Of a stretch of 64,000 nucleotides of DNA, positions 53,094 to 63,658 are shown piece by piece (position 1 is the first letter of the stretch; each line of letters begins with the position of its first letter). The stretch is from an uncultured Verrucomicrobiae bacterium (GTDB lineage Bacteria; Verrucomicrobiota; Verrucomicrobiia; Chthoniobacterales; Terrimicrobiaceae): the NCBI GenBank assembly GCA_963706955.1, contig CAVPOC010000008.1:512001-576000 (forward strand). The letters run 5' to 3'. Made by a program: the position numbers and the translations under genes. The notes under the pieces were generated by a model. It did not search any database, had not been told where the DNA came from, and was given only the letters and a program-made list of their open reading frames with translations.

Positions 53094-53777
53094 ATGAAAG
53101 CTCTCTTGAAATCATTTGTCTCGCGACTGCTCTCTCCCGGAGAACTTTCTGCTTTGCGCCATCTTCTCTCAGAATTTCGCATTTCACGCCACCATCGATG
53201 CGGTCTGCGTAAGATTAAACGCATGTCTTGGTCAGCCCCTGCCAGGCTGAACCTGGGATCTGGCGCACATTGCAAGGACGGATATTTGAATGTGGATGTC
53301 TTTCCGGGCGGTGATTTGACTCTCGATCTTCGCAGAAATCTTCCCTTCGAGTCGAACTGCTGTGAACAGATCTTCTCGGAGCATTGCATCGAGCACTTCG
53401 ACTACCCAGACGCCGTTTCTCACCTGCTTCAGGAATGCTTGCGTATTCTCAAGCCGAGTGGAGTTTTTCGTTTCAGCGTGCCTGATACAGAGTGGCCTCT
53501 GTTGAGCTATGCCGAGGGACCTGCCGCCGAATATTTTCAGGCGTGCAAAGTGAACCCGTCGTGGCATCCCAGCTACTGCGAGACTCGTCTTGAACACATC
53601 AATTATCACTTCCGTCAACGTGATGAACACCATTTCGCTTATGATGAGGAGACGGTAAGAAAACTTCTGGAAGGAGTCGGATTTCAAGACGTCAAACGTG
53701 TCTCGTTTGATCGGAGCATCGATTCGCAGCACCGGGAGATTGGAAGCCTTTTCATGTCCGCACGCAAACCCGCCTAA
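53094..53777 (+). CDS. Class I SAM-dependent methyltransferase (glycan-locus type)
   Basis: LNLGSG, NVD, DLRRNLPF, SEHCIEH, RILKPSG..RFSVPD. Confidence 0.85.
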   Translation: MKALLKSFVSRLLSPGELSALRHLLSEFRISRHHRCGLRKIKRMSWSAPARLNLGSGAHCKDGYLNVDVFPGGDLTLDLRRNLPFESNCCEQIFSEHCIEHFDYPDAVSHLLQECLRILKPSGVFRFSVPDTEWPLLSYAEGPAAEYFQACKVNPSWHPSYCETRLEHINYHFRQRDEHHFAYDEETVRKLLEGVGFQDVKRVSFDRSIDSQHREIGSLFMSARKPA

Positions 53778-53875
53778 GTGTATCTAGACCTGGTCGTCAC
53801 CCCTGCGGCAGTGACCCTGTTACCATGATTCCTCGGCGCTGGCTGGACCTATTTGAAAACCGTGTGACATAGATC

Positions 53876-54439
53876 ATGACACACGAGTTCTCTAAGGAAA
53901 GCATCGTTCCACTTTGTGTGGACCTTGATGGCACCTTGATCCACACCGATGTCCTCTGGGAAGGGATCAAGTTCCTCCTGAGGCGTAAGCCCCTTGCCCT
54001 GCTCTGGATGCTTCCTTCCTTGCGGGGCGGACGCGCTCCCTTCAAGAAGGCAGTTTCGGCCAAATCGACAGTGAGCGTCGATTCTCTTCCCTGGCGCGAA
54101 TCCCTGGTTAGCTGGCTGCGCAGTGAAGCGGCGAACGGTCGACCGATCTATTTGGTCACCGCAGCTGACTCCGCCTATGCGCAAGCTGTTTGCGAGCGCC
54201 TTGGATTTTTTGCCGGGGCGCTTTCGAGTGACGGCGCTCTCAACCTGAAGGCGAAGAAGAAAGCCCGCCGGTTGGTGGAAACATTCGGGCGAGCTGGTTT
54301 TGACTACATCGGCGATGCACGCGCAGATATTCCGGTGTGGCGCGCCGCCCGACGCGGAATCTGCGTAACGGCCAACGCGCGCTTTGTCCGCCGGGCCGGA
54401 CTTGCCGAAAAGGTTGAGGAGCAATTTACCGGAAAATAG
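53876..54439 (+). CDS. HAD-like domain of the type normally fused to UbiA prenyltransferases
   Basis: PLCVDLDGTL..TD.LWE, LVTA, SSDG.LNL, FDYIGD..AD..VW. Confidence 0.75.
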   Translation: MTHEFSKESIVPLCVDLDGTLIHTDVLWEGIKFLLRRKPLALLWMLPSLRGGRAPFKKAVSAKSTVSVDSLPWRESLVSWLRSEAANGRPIYLVTAADSAYAQAVCERLGFFAGALSSDGALNLKAKKKARRLVETFGRAGFDYIGDARADIPVWRAARRGICVTANARFVRRAGLAEKVEEQFTGK

Positions 54440-54539
54440 CCGCGCTCGCTCTATCTCGTGGCCTAAGCATTAGCGCCTTGAATCTTCGAAATCTTGGCGA
54501 GGATTGACAGCGACTTCGGTGTCAGGTGACTTTGGCTCC

Positions 54540-55346
54540 ATGAGAACGGCGGCGATTTGGCTTCTGATGGTCGCCGGCACGTTGCTTGCGAGTGCGCAAG
54601 ATGAAGAATTCGGCGAGGCTGTAAAGCGAAGTCTCGACCGTTCGCGCATCCTTTACCCGGAATCAGCGCAACCCGACTCAGCACTTAGCAAAGCAATCCT
54701 CTCCCGCATCGAGTGGCTGCAACTTCACAATCGCGCCGCTTTCCTCGATTCAAACTGGCCGCTGCGAGTGACTGCGACAGAGGCCGCCGCTCTCGGGATC
54801 GCTCCGCAGAGGATTGGTTCTGCCCAGGCCCGAACAACACGAGGTCCTCGCTTTCTCGCGCTGGTGACGCGAAGCTTCAGCACCACCCAGGCATCCTTTC
54901 GGAAGGACCAGCAAATTCTCCTCGAGGCGATTCAGGATTACGGCAAGCGTGGGATCACGCTTGTCAACGGCGAGCCGGTCCTTCTTTGGCTTGATAACAT
55001 TAAAGTCCTCCGGGAATTAGCACCCGGCGAACTTGCCCCTGTTGTCGTCAAGGTGGAGTCCGCCCGCTACGGCATTCCTGGCGCGCAACTCTACAGCGTC
55101 ACCGGGATGGTTCAGTCGCTGATTGCCCCGGATCCAACGGGACGTTACGAAATCCTTGTTTCAGACGCATTACTCACGCCCGCGGCCGCCAAGAAGCTGA
55201 ACCGAAGCACCCAGGTGATGGCGGATCCCGTGACCGGACAAACCGCCGTGCACAAGCCGAATCGAGTCCTTACCGTAACTTACACGCTCAACGGGTTGAC
55301 CAAAACAAAACAGGCGATCGCCGGAGAACGCTTGGTCCTGGACTAA
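54540..55346 (+). CDS. Hypothetical secreted protein
   Basis: Signal peptide MRTAAIWLLMVAGTLLASA; C-terminal VESARYG...LTVTYTLNG beta-rich domain. Confidence 0.7.
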   Translation: MRTAAIWLLMVAGTLLASAQDEEFGEAVKRSLDRSRILYPESAQPDSALSKAILSRIEWLQLHNRAAFLDSNWPLRVTATEAAALGIAPQRIGSAQARTTRGPRFLALVTRSFSTTQASFRKDQQILLEAIQDYGKRGITLVNGEPVLLWLDNIKVLRELAPGELAPVVVKVESARYGIPGAQLYSVTGMVQSLIAPDPTGRYEILVSDALLTPAAAKKLNRSTQVMADPVTGQTAVHKPNRVLTVTYTLNGLTKTKQAIAGERLVLD

Positions 55347-55751
55347 GATGGACGAGGAGCTAGTTATAGAAGTTCATTAAAGTGCTCCGAGAATTAGTAC
55401 CGGGCGAACTTGCCCCTGTTGTTGTCAAGGTGGAGTCTGCCCGCTACGGCATTCCTGGCGCGCAACTCTACAGCGTCACCGGGATGGTTCAGTCGCTGAT
55501 TGCACCGGATCCAACGGGACGTTACGAAATCCTTGTTTCAGACGCATTACTCACGCCCGCGGCCGCCAAGAAGCTGAACCGAAGCACCCAGGTGATGGCG
55601 GATCCCGTGACCGGACAAACCGCCGTGCACAAGCCGAATCGAGTCCTTACCGTAACTTACACGCTCAACGGGTTGACCAAAACAAAACAGGCGATCGCCG
55701 GAGAACGCTTGGTCCTGGACTAAGATGGACGAGGATCCCGTCATCGAAGTT
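54998..55751 (+). repeat. 377-bp tandem duplication (54998-55374 and 55375-55751)
   Basis: Both copies start cattaaagt and end gaagtt; stop codons at 55346 and 55723 are exactly 377 bp apart. Confidence 0.93.
55382..55723 (+). CDS. Duplicated C-terminal domain of the upstream hypothetical protein (possible standalone ORF or pseudogene)
   Basis: 113 aa, identical to the end of 54540-55346 except one A-to-V change; GTG start. Confidence 0.45.
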   Translation: MLRELVPGELAPVVVKVESARYGIPGAQLYSVTGMVQSLIAPDPTGRYEILVSDALLTPAAAKKLNRSTQVMADPVTGQTAVHKPNRVLTVTYTLNGLTKTKQAIAGERLVLD

Positions 55752-56537
55752 CAGGACCTGGTGCGCAAGTTTGGAAACCGGACCGTTCTCAACGGCGTTA
55801 GCTTTACGGTCAATAAAGGGGACACTTTGGTTATCATGGGAAGCTCCGGTTGCGGCAAGAGTACCGTGCTCCGCCATATCATTGGGGCTCTCAAGCCGAC
55901 CAGCGGCTCGATCAAAGTCTTCGGCAAGGAGATAACCAACATGTCAGACCGAGAATTCGACGAGCTCCGCCTGCGTTTCGGCATGAATTTTCAGTTTGGT
56001 GCATTGCTGCAATCGCTGACCGTGGGCGAAAACATATCGCTGCCGTTGATTGAAAATAGCCATGTCGATCCTGAGATCGTCGAACTGGTGGTCAAGATGA
56101 AGCTGGAATTGGTCGGACTTACCGGCTTCGAGAATCTCAAGCCAGCCGAGCTCAGCGGAGGGATGCGCAAGCGAGTAGGTCTGGCCCGCGCGGTCGCGCT
56201 CGATCCGGAGTTGCTTTTCAGTGACGAACCTACCTCGGGTCTCGATCCCATCATGACGGCGGTCATCGATCAACTCACGCTCGACCTCACCCGTAAGCTC
56301 GATATGACAGCTGTCGTCGTCACTCACGACATGACCAGCGCATTTCGCATCGGCACCAAGATGATCGTGTTGGGCGCTGGCAAGCGCATCGGAACCGTCA
56401 TCGCGAGCGGCACGCCCGACGAAATTTCAAAACATCCTGACCCGGAGGTTCAGCAGTTCATCAAAGGGGAAGCCGACGGTCCGGTGCCACTCAAACTCGC
56501 TCCTGAAGACTATATCGAACGGCTGCTCGGCCCGTAG
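55725..56537 (+). CDS. mlaF: MlaF/Ttg2A-like ABC transporter ATP-binding protein
   Basis: GSSGCGKS, FQFGALLQSLTVGEN, ELSGGMRKRVGLARA, DEPTSGLDP, VTHDM. Confidence 0.85.
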   Translation: MDEDPVIEVQDLVRKFGNRTVLNGVSFTVNKGDTLVIMGSSGCGKSTVLRHIIGALKPTSGSIKVFGKEITNMSDREFDELRLRFGMNFQFGALLQSLTVGENISLPLIENSHVDPEIVELVVKMKLELVGLTGFENLKPAELSGGMRKRVGLARAVALDPELLFSDEPTSGLDPIMTAVIDQLTLDLTRKLDMTAVVVTHDMTSAFRIGTKMIVLGAGKRIGTVIASGTPDEISKHPDPEVQQFIKGEADGPVPLKLAPEDYIERLLGP

Positions 56538-56597
56538 GCGGCCACTTGGCCGGATCGACGCGCACCTGCCGAGCTTGTTGTCGGCCGACGATTGCGA

Positions 56598-58568
56598 ATG
56601 AACAATCCCGTCCTCTCCTTCCTCGCGCCAGGCATCGGCTTTTGGATGCGCAGCGATTCGGTTCTCCGCTGGAGGATTGTTTTCGGGGCTCTGGTCGGTG
56701 CGATTGTCATTGCTTTACTGGTGACAACCAAGCCGTGGGTGGCGGTCACCGAGATTCGCGGCAAGACGGATACCCTGGACTACGTCCGCATCTACGGATG
56801 GATTGCAGGCGCCATCAACGTCGTTCTTTTGACGTTCCTAATCATCCTTTGTCCTTGGTGGGCAAAATTACGAGACCTCACGCCCAATTCCGGCGCCTCG
56901 GTGGAAGGATCTGCCACGCCTCGATGGTTCTGGCCTTTGGTAATCGTTGCCATGGCAACAACCTTCTTCTACAGCCTGCCCCGAATGACGCATGGGTTTT
57001 GGGACGACGAGGAGCTGAACGTCCGCACCACTCTCTGGGGAAAGTTCAAATCAAACAAGAAGACCGGCGAGGTGGAATTCGTCCGGTTCGATTGGCTGGA
57101 GACCATCTACGGTTACAGCAAGGGGCCTAACACTCATACTCTCTTCAGCATCCTGTCGCGTGCATGCGAGGAGACTTGGAATCTTATCGCCAAGCCAAAA
57201 GGTTTTCCGGTGGTCGAGTGGCCGTTTCGTGTGCCGGCACTCGTTTTTGGCATTTTGGCAATCGCGGCCTTCGCCTGGTTGCTCAGAGACTTCGGAATGC
57301 CAGCCACCGGGGTGGTGGCGGCGTGGCTGCTTGCCGTTCACCCCTGGAGTATTCGTTATGCCAGCGAAGCGCGAGGATATAGCTTCGTCATCTTGATCGT
57401 TCCGGCTCTGTTTGTGTTTTGGCGAAGAGCGATGGTGATCGGGTCCTGGCGTTGGTGGAGCGCTTATGCTCTCGCTGAGTTTTTGCTTTTTTATTGTTAT
57501 CCGGGTTCCGCATTCATCTTGATCGTGCTCAACCTCCTGACGCTGGGACTTCTTGCGGCGGCCCCCGGCTGTGCGGAGCCGCGCTTTGCGCAAGCCGGTC
57601 GCTGGTTTTGCGTGAATGCCCTAGCAGCTATGCTCACGCTTCAGTTCATGCTGCCCCTCTATCCGCAAGCGAAGCTCTATTTCGATTTTGTCTCCTCGCA
57701 GGGATTCGTCTCCGGTGGGCAATGGGTTCGCAATACTGTTGCTTACATGGTCGGCGGAGGTCCCTGGACGAAAAGCGGCGAGCCATGGGCCGGCTACCCG
57801 GAGTGGCTGGCGCGCTACGTCGAGCACCCGGTTATTTTCGTGGCGGCGGCATCGTTGGCCCTCACACTCGTCGTGGTCGGTGCTTTTCGGCTGCTTTGGC
57901 GAAGCTGGCCCTCGGCAACGTTCGTCTTTGTCATGGCGATTTGCCCGCCGATTACTTTTACGGTCGCGTTCTTCAAGAAATTCCTGCTCTACGAAAACTA
58001 CGTCATCTACTCACTGCCGGGCGTGATCGTTTGTGCTGCTGCCGGACTTACGTTGGTGGCATCTTTGCTGGCCAAACTTTCCGGGAAGCAGACCGTCGGG
58101 TGGATTTTTACGGGATCCCTCCTCTTGGGCTACTTCGTTTTCACAAACTCATTTCGGCGATGGCTGGTCGAGAACCCGCTGCAGCAAATCCGAGAGTCTG
58201 TGATCTACTCACGCGGCACGCTCGATCCAGCGGCGGCCGAACAAAAGAATATCAGGACGGCCAGCTTCTGCATTCCGCCGTATCTTTACGATGCTCACAT
58301 GGAGCGACTCGATTCCGCCGGCGGCTTCATTGCCGCACTGCAACGTTCAGACGAGGACGGAATTCCCCTCTTCGTCAACATTGGCATGCCCTGGGCCGCA
58401 CGTGAATACAGCCCGCAGATGTGGACGCTATTCAACAACCAGGATCTCTTTGAGGAACCTGTCCATCTGCGCGGATTCGAACCAAGCCTCGACCGGCTCG
58501 TCGCCAAATATAAGGCCCACAGTGCGCAAACGTTTGATTTTAGCCGCTACAGCCTCGACCAGCGCTAG
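56598..58568 (+). CDS. GT-C fold (PMT/GT39-like) multi-pass membrane glycosyltransferase
   Basis: FWDDE loop motif, RVPALVFG, HPW.IRYASEARGY, many TM helices. Confidence 0.7.
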   Translation: MNNPVLSFLAPGIGFWMRSDSVLRWRIVFGALVGAIVIALLVTTKPWVAVTEIRGKTDTLDYVRIYGWIAGAINVVLLTFLIILCPWWAKLRDLTPNSGASVEGSATPRWFWPLVIVAMATTFFYSLPRMTHGFWDDEELNVRTTLWGKFKSNKKTGEVEFVRFDWLETIYGYSKGPNTHTLFSILSRACEETWNLIAKPKGFPVVEWPFRVPALVFGILAIAAFAWLLRDFGMPATGVVAAWLLAVHPWSIRYASEARGYSFVILIVPALFVFWRRAMVIGSWRWWSAYALAEFLLFYCYPGSAFILIVLNLLTLGLLAAAPGCAEPRFAQAGRWFCVNALAAMLTLQFMLPLYPQAKLYFDFVSSQGFVSGGQWVRNTVAYMVGGGPWTKSGEPWAGYPEWLARYVEHPVIFVAAASLALTLVVVGAFRLLWRSWPSATFVFVMAICPPITFTVAFFKKFLLYENYVIYSLPGVIVCAAAGLTLVASLLAKLSGKQTVGWIFTGSLLLGYFVFTNSFRRWLVENPLQQIRESVIYSRGTLDPAAAEQKNIRTASFCIPPYLYDAHMERLDSAGGFIAALQRSDEDGIPLFVNIGMPWAAREYSPQMWTLFNNQDLFEEPVHLRGFEPSLDRLVAKYKAHSAQTFDFSRYSLDQR

Positions 58569-58620
58569 CTAGAGTGCTTGGTCCCGTGGACGACATTGCT
58601 CACCCGCGCGGACGGCAAGA

Positions 58621-59340
58621 TCAGTCGGCCGCACGGAAGAGTGATGCCAGCAAACGTGCGATGCGCAAAGCATTCGGAGAATCGGCGTGAACACAGACCG
58701 TCTGGGCATCGAGCACCAGTAGCGTTCCGTCGATGGTGGAGACCGCGCCGCTCGCTCGGAATGTTTCCATTTGCCCCCTGATCTTCAGCCAGTCGGTGAG
58801 AACCGCACCCGGCTGGCTGCGCGGGACCAACTCACCCTGCGGGGTGTAGGCGCGATCCGAAAACAGTTCACCCCAAGCCTGGACGCCACAACGCCTGGCC
58901 GCGCCTATAAGCTCACCACGAGGAGAAGCAATAAGTCGGGTGCCAGGGAAACGCTCTTTGACGAAGGCGGCATAAACACTTGCCAAATCCTTGTCTCGTT
59001 CAACGACATGATAGAGTGCGCCGTGGAGCTTGATATGTGCAATCGGAATCCCCTCCGCTCGAGCTAGCGAGACGAGTTTTCCGACTTGAGATGAGATGAG
59101 CGCCCGCAATCGCGCCCGCGAGACTGCTTCTTCTTTGCGCCCAAAATTTTCGCGATCGTCGAATCCGGGATGTGCGCCCGCATTCACCCCAAGGTGATGA
59201 CATAGCTTCAGGCAGGCTCGCATGGTTCGCTCACCGCCCGCATGCGCGCCGCAGGCGATGTTGGCAGAGCTAACCCATCGTAAAATCTGGCGAGTTCGGG
59301 CCGCAGGCTCGCCCTCCCCAAGATCGCAGTTGATGTCCAC
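58621..59340 (-). CDS. pxpA: 5-oxoprolinase subunit A (LamB/YcsF)
   Basis: DINCDLGEG, SANIACGAHAG, GAHPGFDDRENFGR, KLHGALY, FSDRAY, CVHADSP. Confidence 0.93.
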   Translation of the reverse strand: MDINCDLGEGEPAARTRQILRWVSSANIACGAHAGGERTMRACLKLCHHLGVNAGAHPGFDDRENFGRKEEAVSRARLRALISSQVGKLVSLARAEGIPIAHIKLHGALYHVVERDKDLASVYAAFVKERFPGTRLIASPRGELIGAARRCGVQAWGELFSDRAYTPQGELVPRSQPGAVLTDWLKIRGQMETFRASGAVSTIDGTLLVLDAQTVCVHADSPNALRIARLLASLFRAAD

Positions 59341-60198
59341 TTACTCGGCCAGCGCAAAGCGAACACACGTTCCCGGAGCGCACTGGGTGAATCGAGATAC
59401 CCCCGAGGCATCCAGGATCGCCAGGCGCGGGTAACCACCTACTGTCGGTCCATCGCGGAGCAGCACGATTGGCTGGCCATTCGGGGGAATCTGGATTGCT
59501 CCAACAGCGACAGGCGCGCTGGGCATCCGTAGCCGCGACTCTAGGGCGATACCCTCGAGGCGATAGCCCGCCCGGTCACTCTGGGAGGATACCCGCCACG
59601 TTTGCCGTAAAAACTCACGCCGTGCTTCTTCGGTAAAGCCGTCCCACTCGGGACCGGGCCAAACCCGAAGGACGGGAGTTTGTGCGTATTCCTCCCGCAC
59701 CAACTCGGGCACAAAGCGCGAAGAGATCTCTTCGGATAGTAGCTTCTTCTCGCATGACAATCGAGCGCCGGGCTGGACGGCCTCGCCAAAGCCCGCGCGC
59801 AGATTCGCACTCGCGCTTCCAAACCATCTCGAAGCCGCAAAACCACCCCTGACGGCAAGATAACTCCATACCCCGGCACGGAGCGGCCCGAAAGAAATTT
59901 CACTGCCCGGTTCAACGTGAAAATTTCTCCAGGTGGGCCATTCGCACTCGACCTCCGCCCCAGCAATGGCCAACTCGGAAGAGCTCAGCACGAGGAATTT
60001 TGCCCCGGTGAACAGCAGCTCGACAACAGGCGCTCCCGCGCTGTTGCCCACCAACAAATTTGCCTGTCGCGCCGACTCGAGGTCCATCGCGCCGCCGGGC
60101 GGTATTCCGAAACGCTTCCAACCGCTTCTTCCAAGATCTTGAATCGTCATCCCCGCGCCGACTGCCAAAACCTCAAGAATAGGAGTTTCGGAGTCCAT
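59341..60198 (-). CDS. pxpC: 5-oxoprolinase subunit C (carboxyltransferase A/B-like)
   Basis: TIQDLGR.G...GIPPGGAMD, YLAVRGG, SDRAGYRL, GAIQIPPNGQP, PTVGGYP. Confidence 0.9.
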   Translation of the reverse strand: MDSETPILEVLAVGAGMTIQDLGRSGWKRFGIPPGGAMDLESARQANLLVGNSAGAPVVELLFTGAKFLVLSSSELAIAGAEVECEWPTWRNFHVEPGSEISFGPLRAGVWSYLAVRGGFAASRWFGSASANLRAGFGEAVQPGARLSCEKKLLSEEISSRFVPELVREEYAQTPVLRVWPGPEWDGFTEEARREFLRQTWRVSSQSDRAGYRLEGIALESRLRMPSAPVAVGAIQIPPNGQPIVLLRDGPTVGGYPRLAILDASGVSRFTQCAPGTCVRFALAE

Positions 60199-60212
60199 CA
60201 CGGGCACCTTTC

Positions 60213-60884
60213 TCAGTGACTCAACTCTTCCACCGGCAAAAACTTCACGGAATCGCCTTGTCGAAGGAGGAACGCGTCCGCACTTCCACCATCGCGCGCC
60301 TTCTCGGCCGAGAAAATTTCCGCGTTCGTTCGTCCGAGCAGCCACCACCCGCCGGGCGAGGCGATGCTGTAAATTCCTGTGTGCTCGCCCCCGATCGCCA
60401 CCGACCCGGCAGGCACCTGTGGCCGAGGATGGTCAAGTCTCGGTGCGTGTAAGCGGACGTCCAAGGGCCCTAGATAGGGAAACCCCGGTGAAAACCCGAT
60501 CAGGAAGACGCTATAGATGGGAGCGGTATGCAATTCTATGACATTCGAAACCGAAAGCGTATTGCGCCGCGCGAACTCCTCTAGATCAGGACCGTCATAG
60601 CAGACGGGAATCTCGAAAACCGGCGCTTCTTCCACGGGGTGTGCGCGTGCGGCTTTTAGCAATTGGTGAACTGTGTCGAATTGGTCCGAAGCATGTTCTG
60701 GATCGTCAAATTCCAAGAGCAGCGAGCAGTAGGCGGGCGTCACGTCCACGAGCCCCTCAAGACGATTCTCTTGAAAGGAACTGAGTAGGCCGCGGCATCG
60801 GGCCAGCGATTCAAGATCGACCTTCTGCGCAAACGCGACTAGCAAGGCGACCGGTCCAAATCTGGAGACCACGACATCGTCCAT
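60213..60884 (-). CDS. pxpB: 5-oxoprolinase subunit B
   Basis: PAYCSLL, IPVCY.GPDL, GFSPGFPYL, VPAGSVAIGG..TGIY..SPGGW..LGRT. Confidence 0.9.
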   Translation of the reverse strand: MDDVVVSRFGPVALLVAFAQKVDLESLARCRGLLSSFQENRLEGLVDVTPAYCSLLLEFDDPEHASDQFDTVHQLLKAARAHPVEEAPVFEIPVCYDGPDLEEFARRNTLSVSNVIELHTAPIYSVFLIGFSPGFPYLGPLDVRLHAPRLDHPRPQVPAGSVAIGGEHTGIYSIASPGGWWLLGRTNAEIFSAEKARDGGSADAFLLRQGDSVKFLPVEELSH

Positions 60885-61088
60885 CAGGAGGTCCGCAACC
60901 CGTTCAGAGTGCAAAAAGATACAGCCCGCCGCAACGAATGTTGCGACGGGCTGTTGTTCCCCCCAGAACAATCTTTAATGTTCACAACGATATCGAGCCC
61001 TCTCGGTTCCGCAAGCACTTTTTCAAGTTATTTCGGCGTTGGCTGTTTAAAAGGCCGGGTCGAAGGGCGATAAACGTGCCGAGAGGTC

Positions 61089-61571
61089 TCAGCCTAATTC
61101 GGAGAACACGCGGTGCGCGAGCAGAGTTTCTTGCTCAAAGTGGAAGAAGCCACGAATTCTCGAACCGGCTAGCAGGTCCGGTAACCAACGGATATCGTCG
61201 GCCCACATTTGATCATACGGAATCGCGTGCAGGGGTGTCCACATGGGAATTGCTTCGGCCGTTTCGATCGGCTCGCCAATACAATCCAAAGACACGAAAA
61301 CGCTGCAATGGAGACTATATCCATCGACAAACTGGAAGTGAAGCTCCCCGCGCAATTCGGGGGAGACGGGGACGATACCGAGTTCCTCACGCGTCTCCCG
61401 AACGGCCGCCTCGAGAGAAGACTCCCCGGCTTCGATTCGCCCACCTGGACCATTGATTTTTCCTGCACCGAGACCGCGCTTTTTGCGCATGAGCAGAATT
61501 TCTCCATTGCGAACCACAAAAAGCAATGTTGCGAATTCCTTTGGCCTCCAGTTGGCCCAATCGACCTCCAT
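61089..61571 (-). CDS. NUDIX hydrolase (MTH1-like 8-oxo-dGTP diphosphatase)
   Basis: KKRGLGAGKINGPGGRIEAGES..EAAVRETREELG Nudix box; MWADD..W. Confidence 0.9.
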   Translation of the reverse strand: MEVDWANWRPKEFATLLFVVRNGEILLMRKKRGLGAGKINGPGGRIEAGESSLEAAVRETREELGIVPVSPELRGELHFQFVDGYSLHCSVFVSLDCIGEPIETAEAIPMWTPLHAIPYDQMWADDIRWLPDLLAGSRIRGFFHFEQETLLAHRVFSELG

Positions 61572-61737
61572 CGAGAGCAGAGTCTAGCCGCCAAGCGCAA
61601 AAAGACAAACCTGCGATGGTCGGATTCGAGCAGCAAGTCGAGGTTCCAGGCGCGGGTCGGAGGGGCTGCAAATGGCAAAGACCTGTGGGGAGGATGCTGC
61701 CGAATGGCTCTTCCGGCAGCTCCTCCCCGATGATAAT

Positions 61738-62181
<444 letters not shown>

Positions 62182-62258
62182 TCATGATTGTCTAAATTAA
62201 GACATCCTGCCCGCTACACATTGCTTTTCTCTTCGACTCTGCTCTCTTGTTGGAGGCT

Positions 62259-63656
62259 GTGGATGGGATCGTTTTGAGGCAACTGAGAGAAGCGAGAAAG
62301 TGGCTCACGCTCCAGCAGTTCCTCCAATATGCTGTATGGACTTTGCTGGTCGCGCTGGGAGTGCTCGTGATCAGCCGAATGGGTCCACCACAGCTGCAAG
62401 CTTCTCTTCCCTGGATCGCCACGATTCTTACCTCGATAGCAATTGCCTTTGCGGGGGCACTCTGGCGGTGGAAATCGGTGCGAGTGGTCGCCAGAGAACT
62501 GGACGCGCGAGCAGGCACCAAAGATCGCTTCCTCACCGCACTTGACCTGCCGACAATCGAAGAGAGCCTGCTCTCGGACGCAGCACGCCGGGAGACTTCC
62601 AGATTTGCAGCGAGATTGCGGGTCGGCGATTACTTGCGTCCAAGGCTGCCTTGGCGAAACGCCTTGTGGCTGCTGCTGCCACTGGCGGCACTCGGCCTCA
62701 TCGAGGGATTGAAGGAGTGGCGCGCTGGGCAACTTGCTCCAGAGCTTGCAAGTGCCCGCCAATTACTGGAGCAAGTCCGCGAAATCGCGGAGCGTCAGGC
62801 AGAAGTTGATCGGGAGTTTAACGACGTTGCCGAGAAGCTCAAGGAAACCGAGCAAGAGCTCGCGGCATCCTCCGAACCGCTCCGAGAAGCTCTCCGAACC
62901 CTCGCCGAACTTGAGGAGAGACTTTCGCGGCCCTCGGAATTGAGCGAAGCAGAGAGAAGCGCCGTTGCGGACGCCCTCGCCCAAAATCACGCAGAGCTCG
63001 CCTCCGATCTGCGAGCCGGCAGGAATGCCGAGGCAGCGCGAACAGTCGCACAGTTGGATCCGGCTGAACTGGCGAAGGCTCTGGAACAAGCCGCACGTCA
63101 TTTGGAGTCAAGACGCCTTCGCGAGCTCGCCAACGAGGAAGGTCAAATAGTTCAGGTTCAGCTCGGGATGATGCTCGGCGCCTCAGGCGAACTCGGCAAG
63201 GAAGATGGTCGCCGTCAGTTCGTCGCAACTTTGCGGGAAATGAAGACAGGGTTGACGAGCGCTGCTGCTCAGGACGGTCAAAAAGGTGCGGGTTTTAATC
63301 CCTCGCAGCATGGAGATAAATCCCCGCCATCCGGCGCGGAGCAATCGCAACCGGCGGGTGCGCCCGGCTCGGAAATGGACCTTGGCCGTGGCGCCGAGTT
63401 GGGGGAAGAAGCCGAGCCTATAGTTGCGCAAGAAGGGAGTGAAGATTTCCTTGAAGGCGAGATCGGCGAAGGCGCCTCGCTCGTCCAGCTCTTCCGCGCG
63501 GCCGGCGGCGATGATCCAGAGGCCCGACGTGCCTACCGCTCGGCTTATCAAGTCGCCGCTCCCGCGGCTCTTGACGCCGTAAATCAGGAGAACATCCCAG
63601 CCGGATCCCGTCTTCTCGTGCGACGCTATTTCGAATCCATTCGCCCAAAGGAATAA
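62259..63656 (+). CDS. Membrane-anchored coiled-coil protein of MoxR/vWA loci
   Basis: N-terminal TM helices, [11 protein letters not shown], long coiled coil, C-terminal IP...R.LVRRYFE; precedes moxR. Confidence 0.65.
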   Translation: MDGIVLRQLREARKWLTLQQFLQYAVWTLLVALGVLVISRMGPPQLQASLPWIATILTSIAIAFAGALWRWKSVRVVARELDARAGTKDRFLTALDLPTIEESLLSDAARRETSRFAARLRVGDYLRPRLPWRNALWLLLPLAALGLIEGLKEWRAGQLAPELASARQLLEQVREIAERQAEVDREFNDVAEKLKETEQELAASSEPLREALRTLAELEERLSRPSELSEAERSAVADALAQNHAELASDLRAGRNAEAARTVAQLDPAELAKALEQAARHLESRRLRELANEEGQIVQVQLGMMLGASGELGKEDGRRQFVATLREMKTGLTSAAAQDGQKGAGFNPSQHGDKSPPSGAEQSQPAGAPGSEMDLGRGAELGEEAEPIVAQEGSEDFLEGEIGEGASLVQLFRAAGGDDPEARRAYRSAYQVAAPAALDAVNQENIPAGSRLLVRRYFESIRPKE

Positions 63657-63658
63657 CC

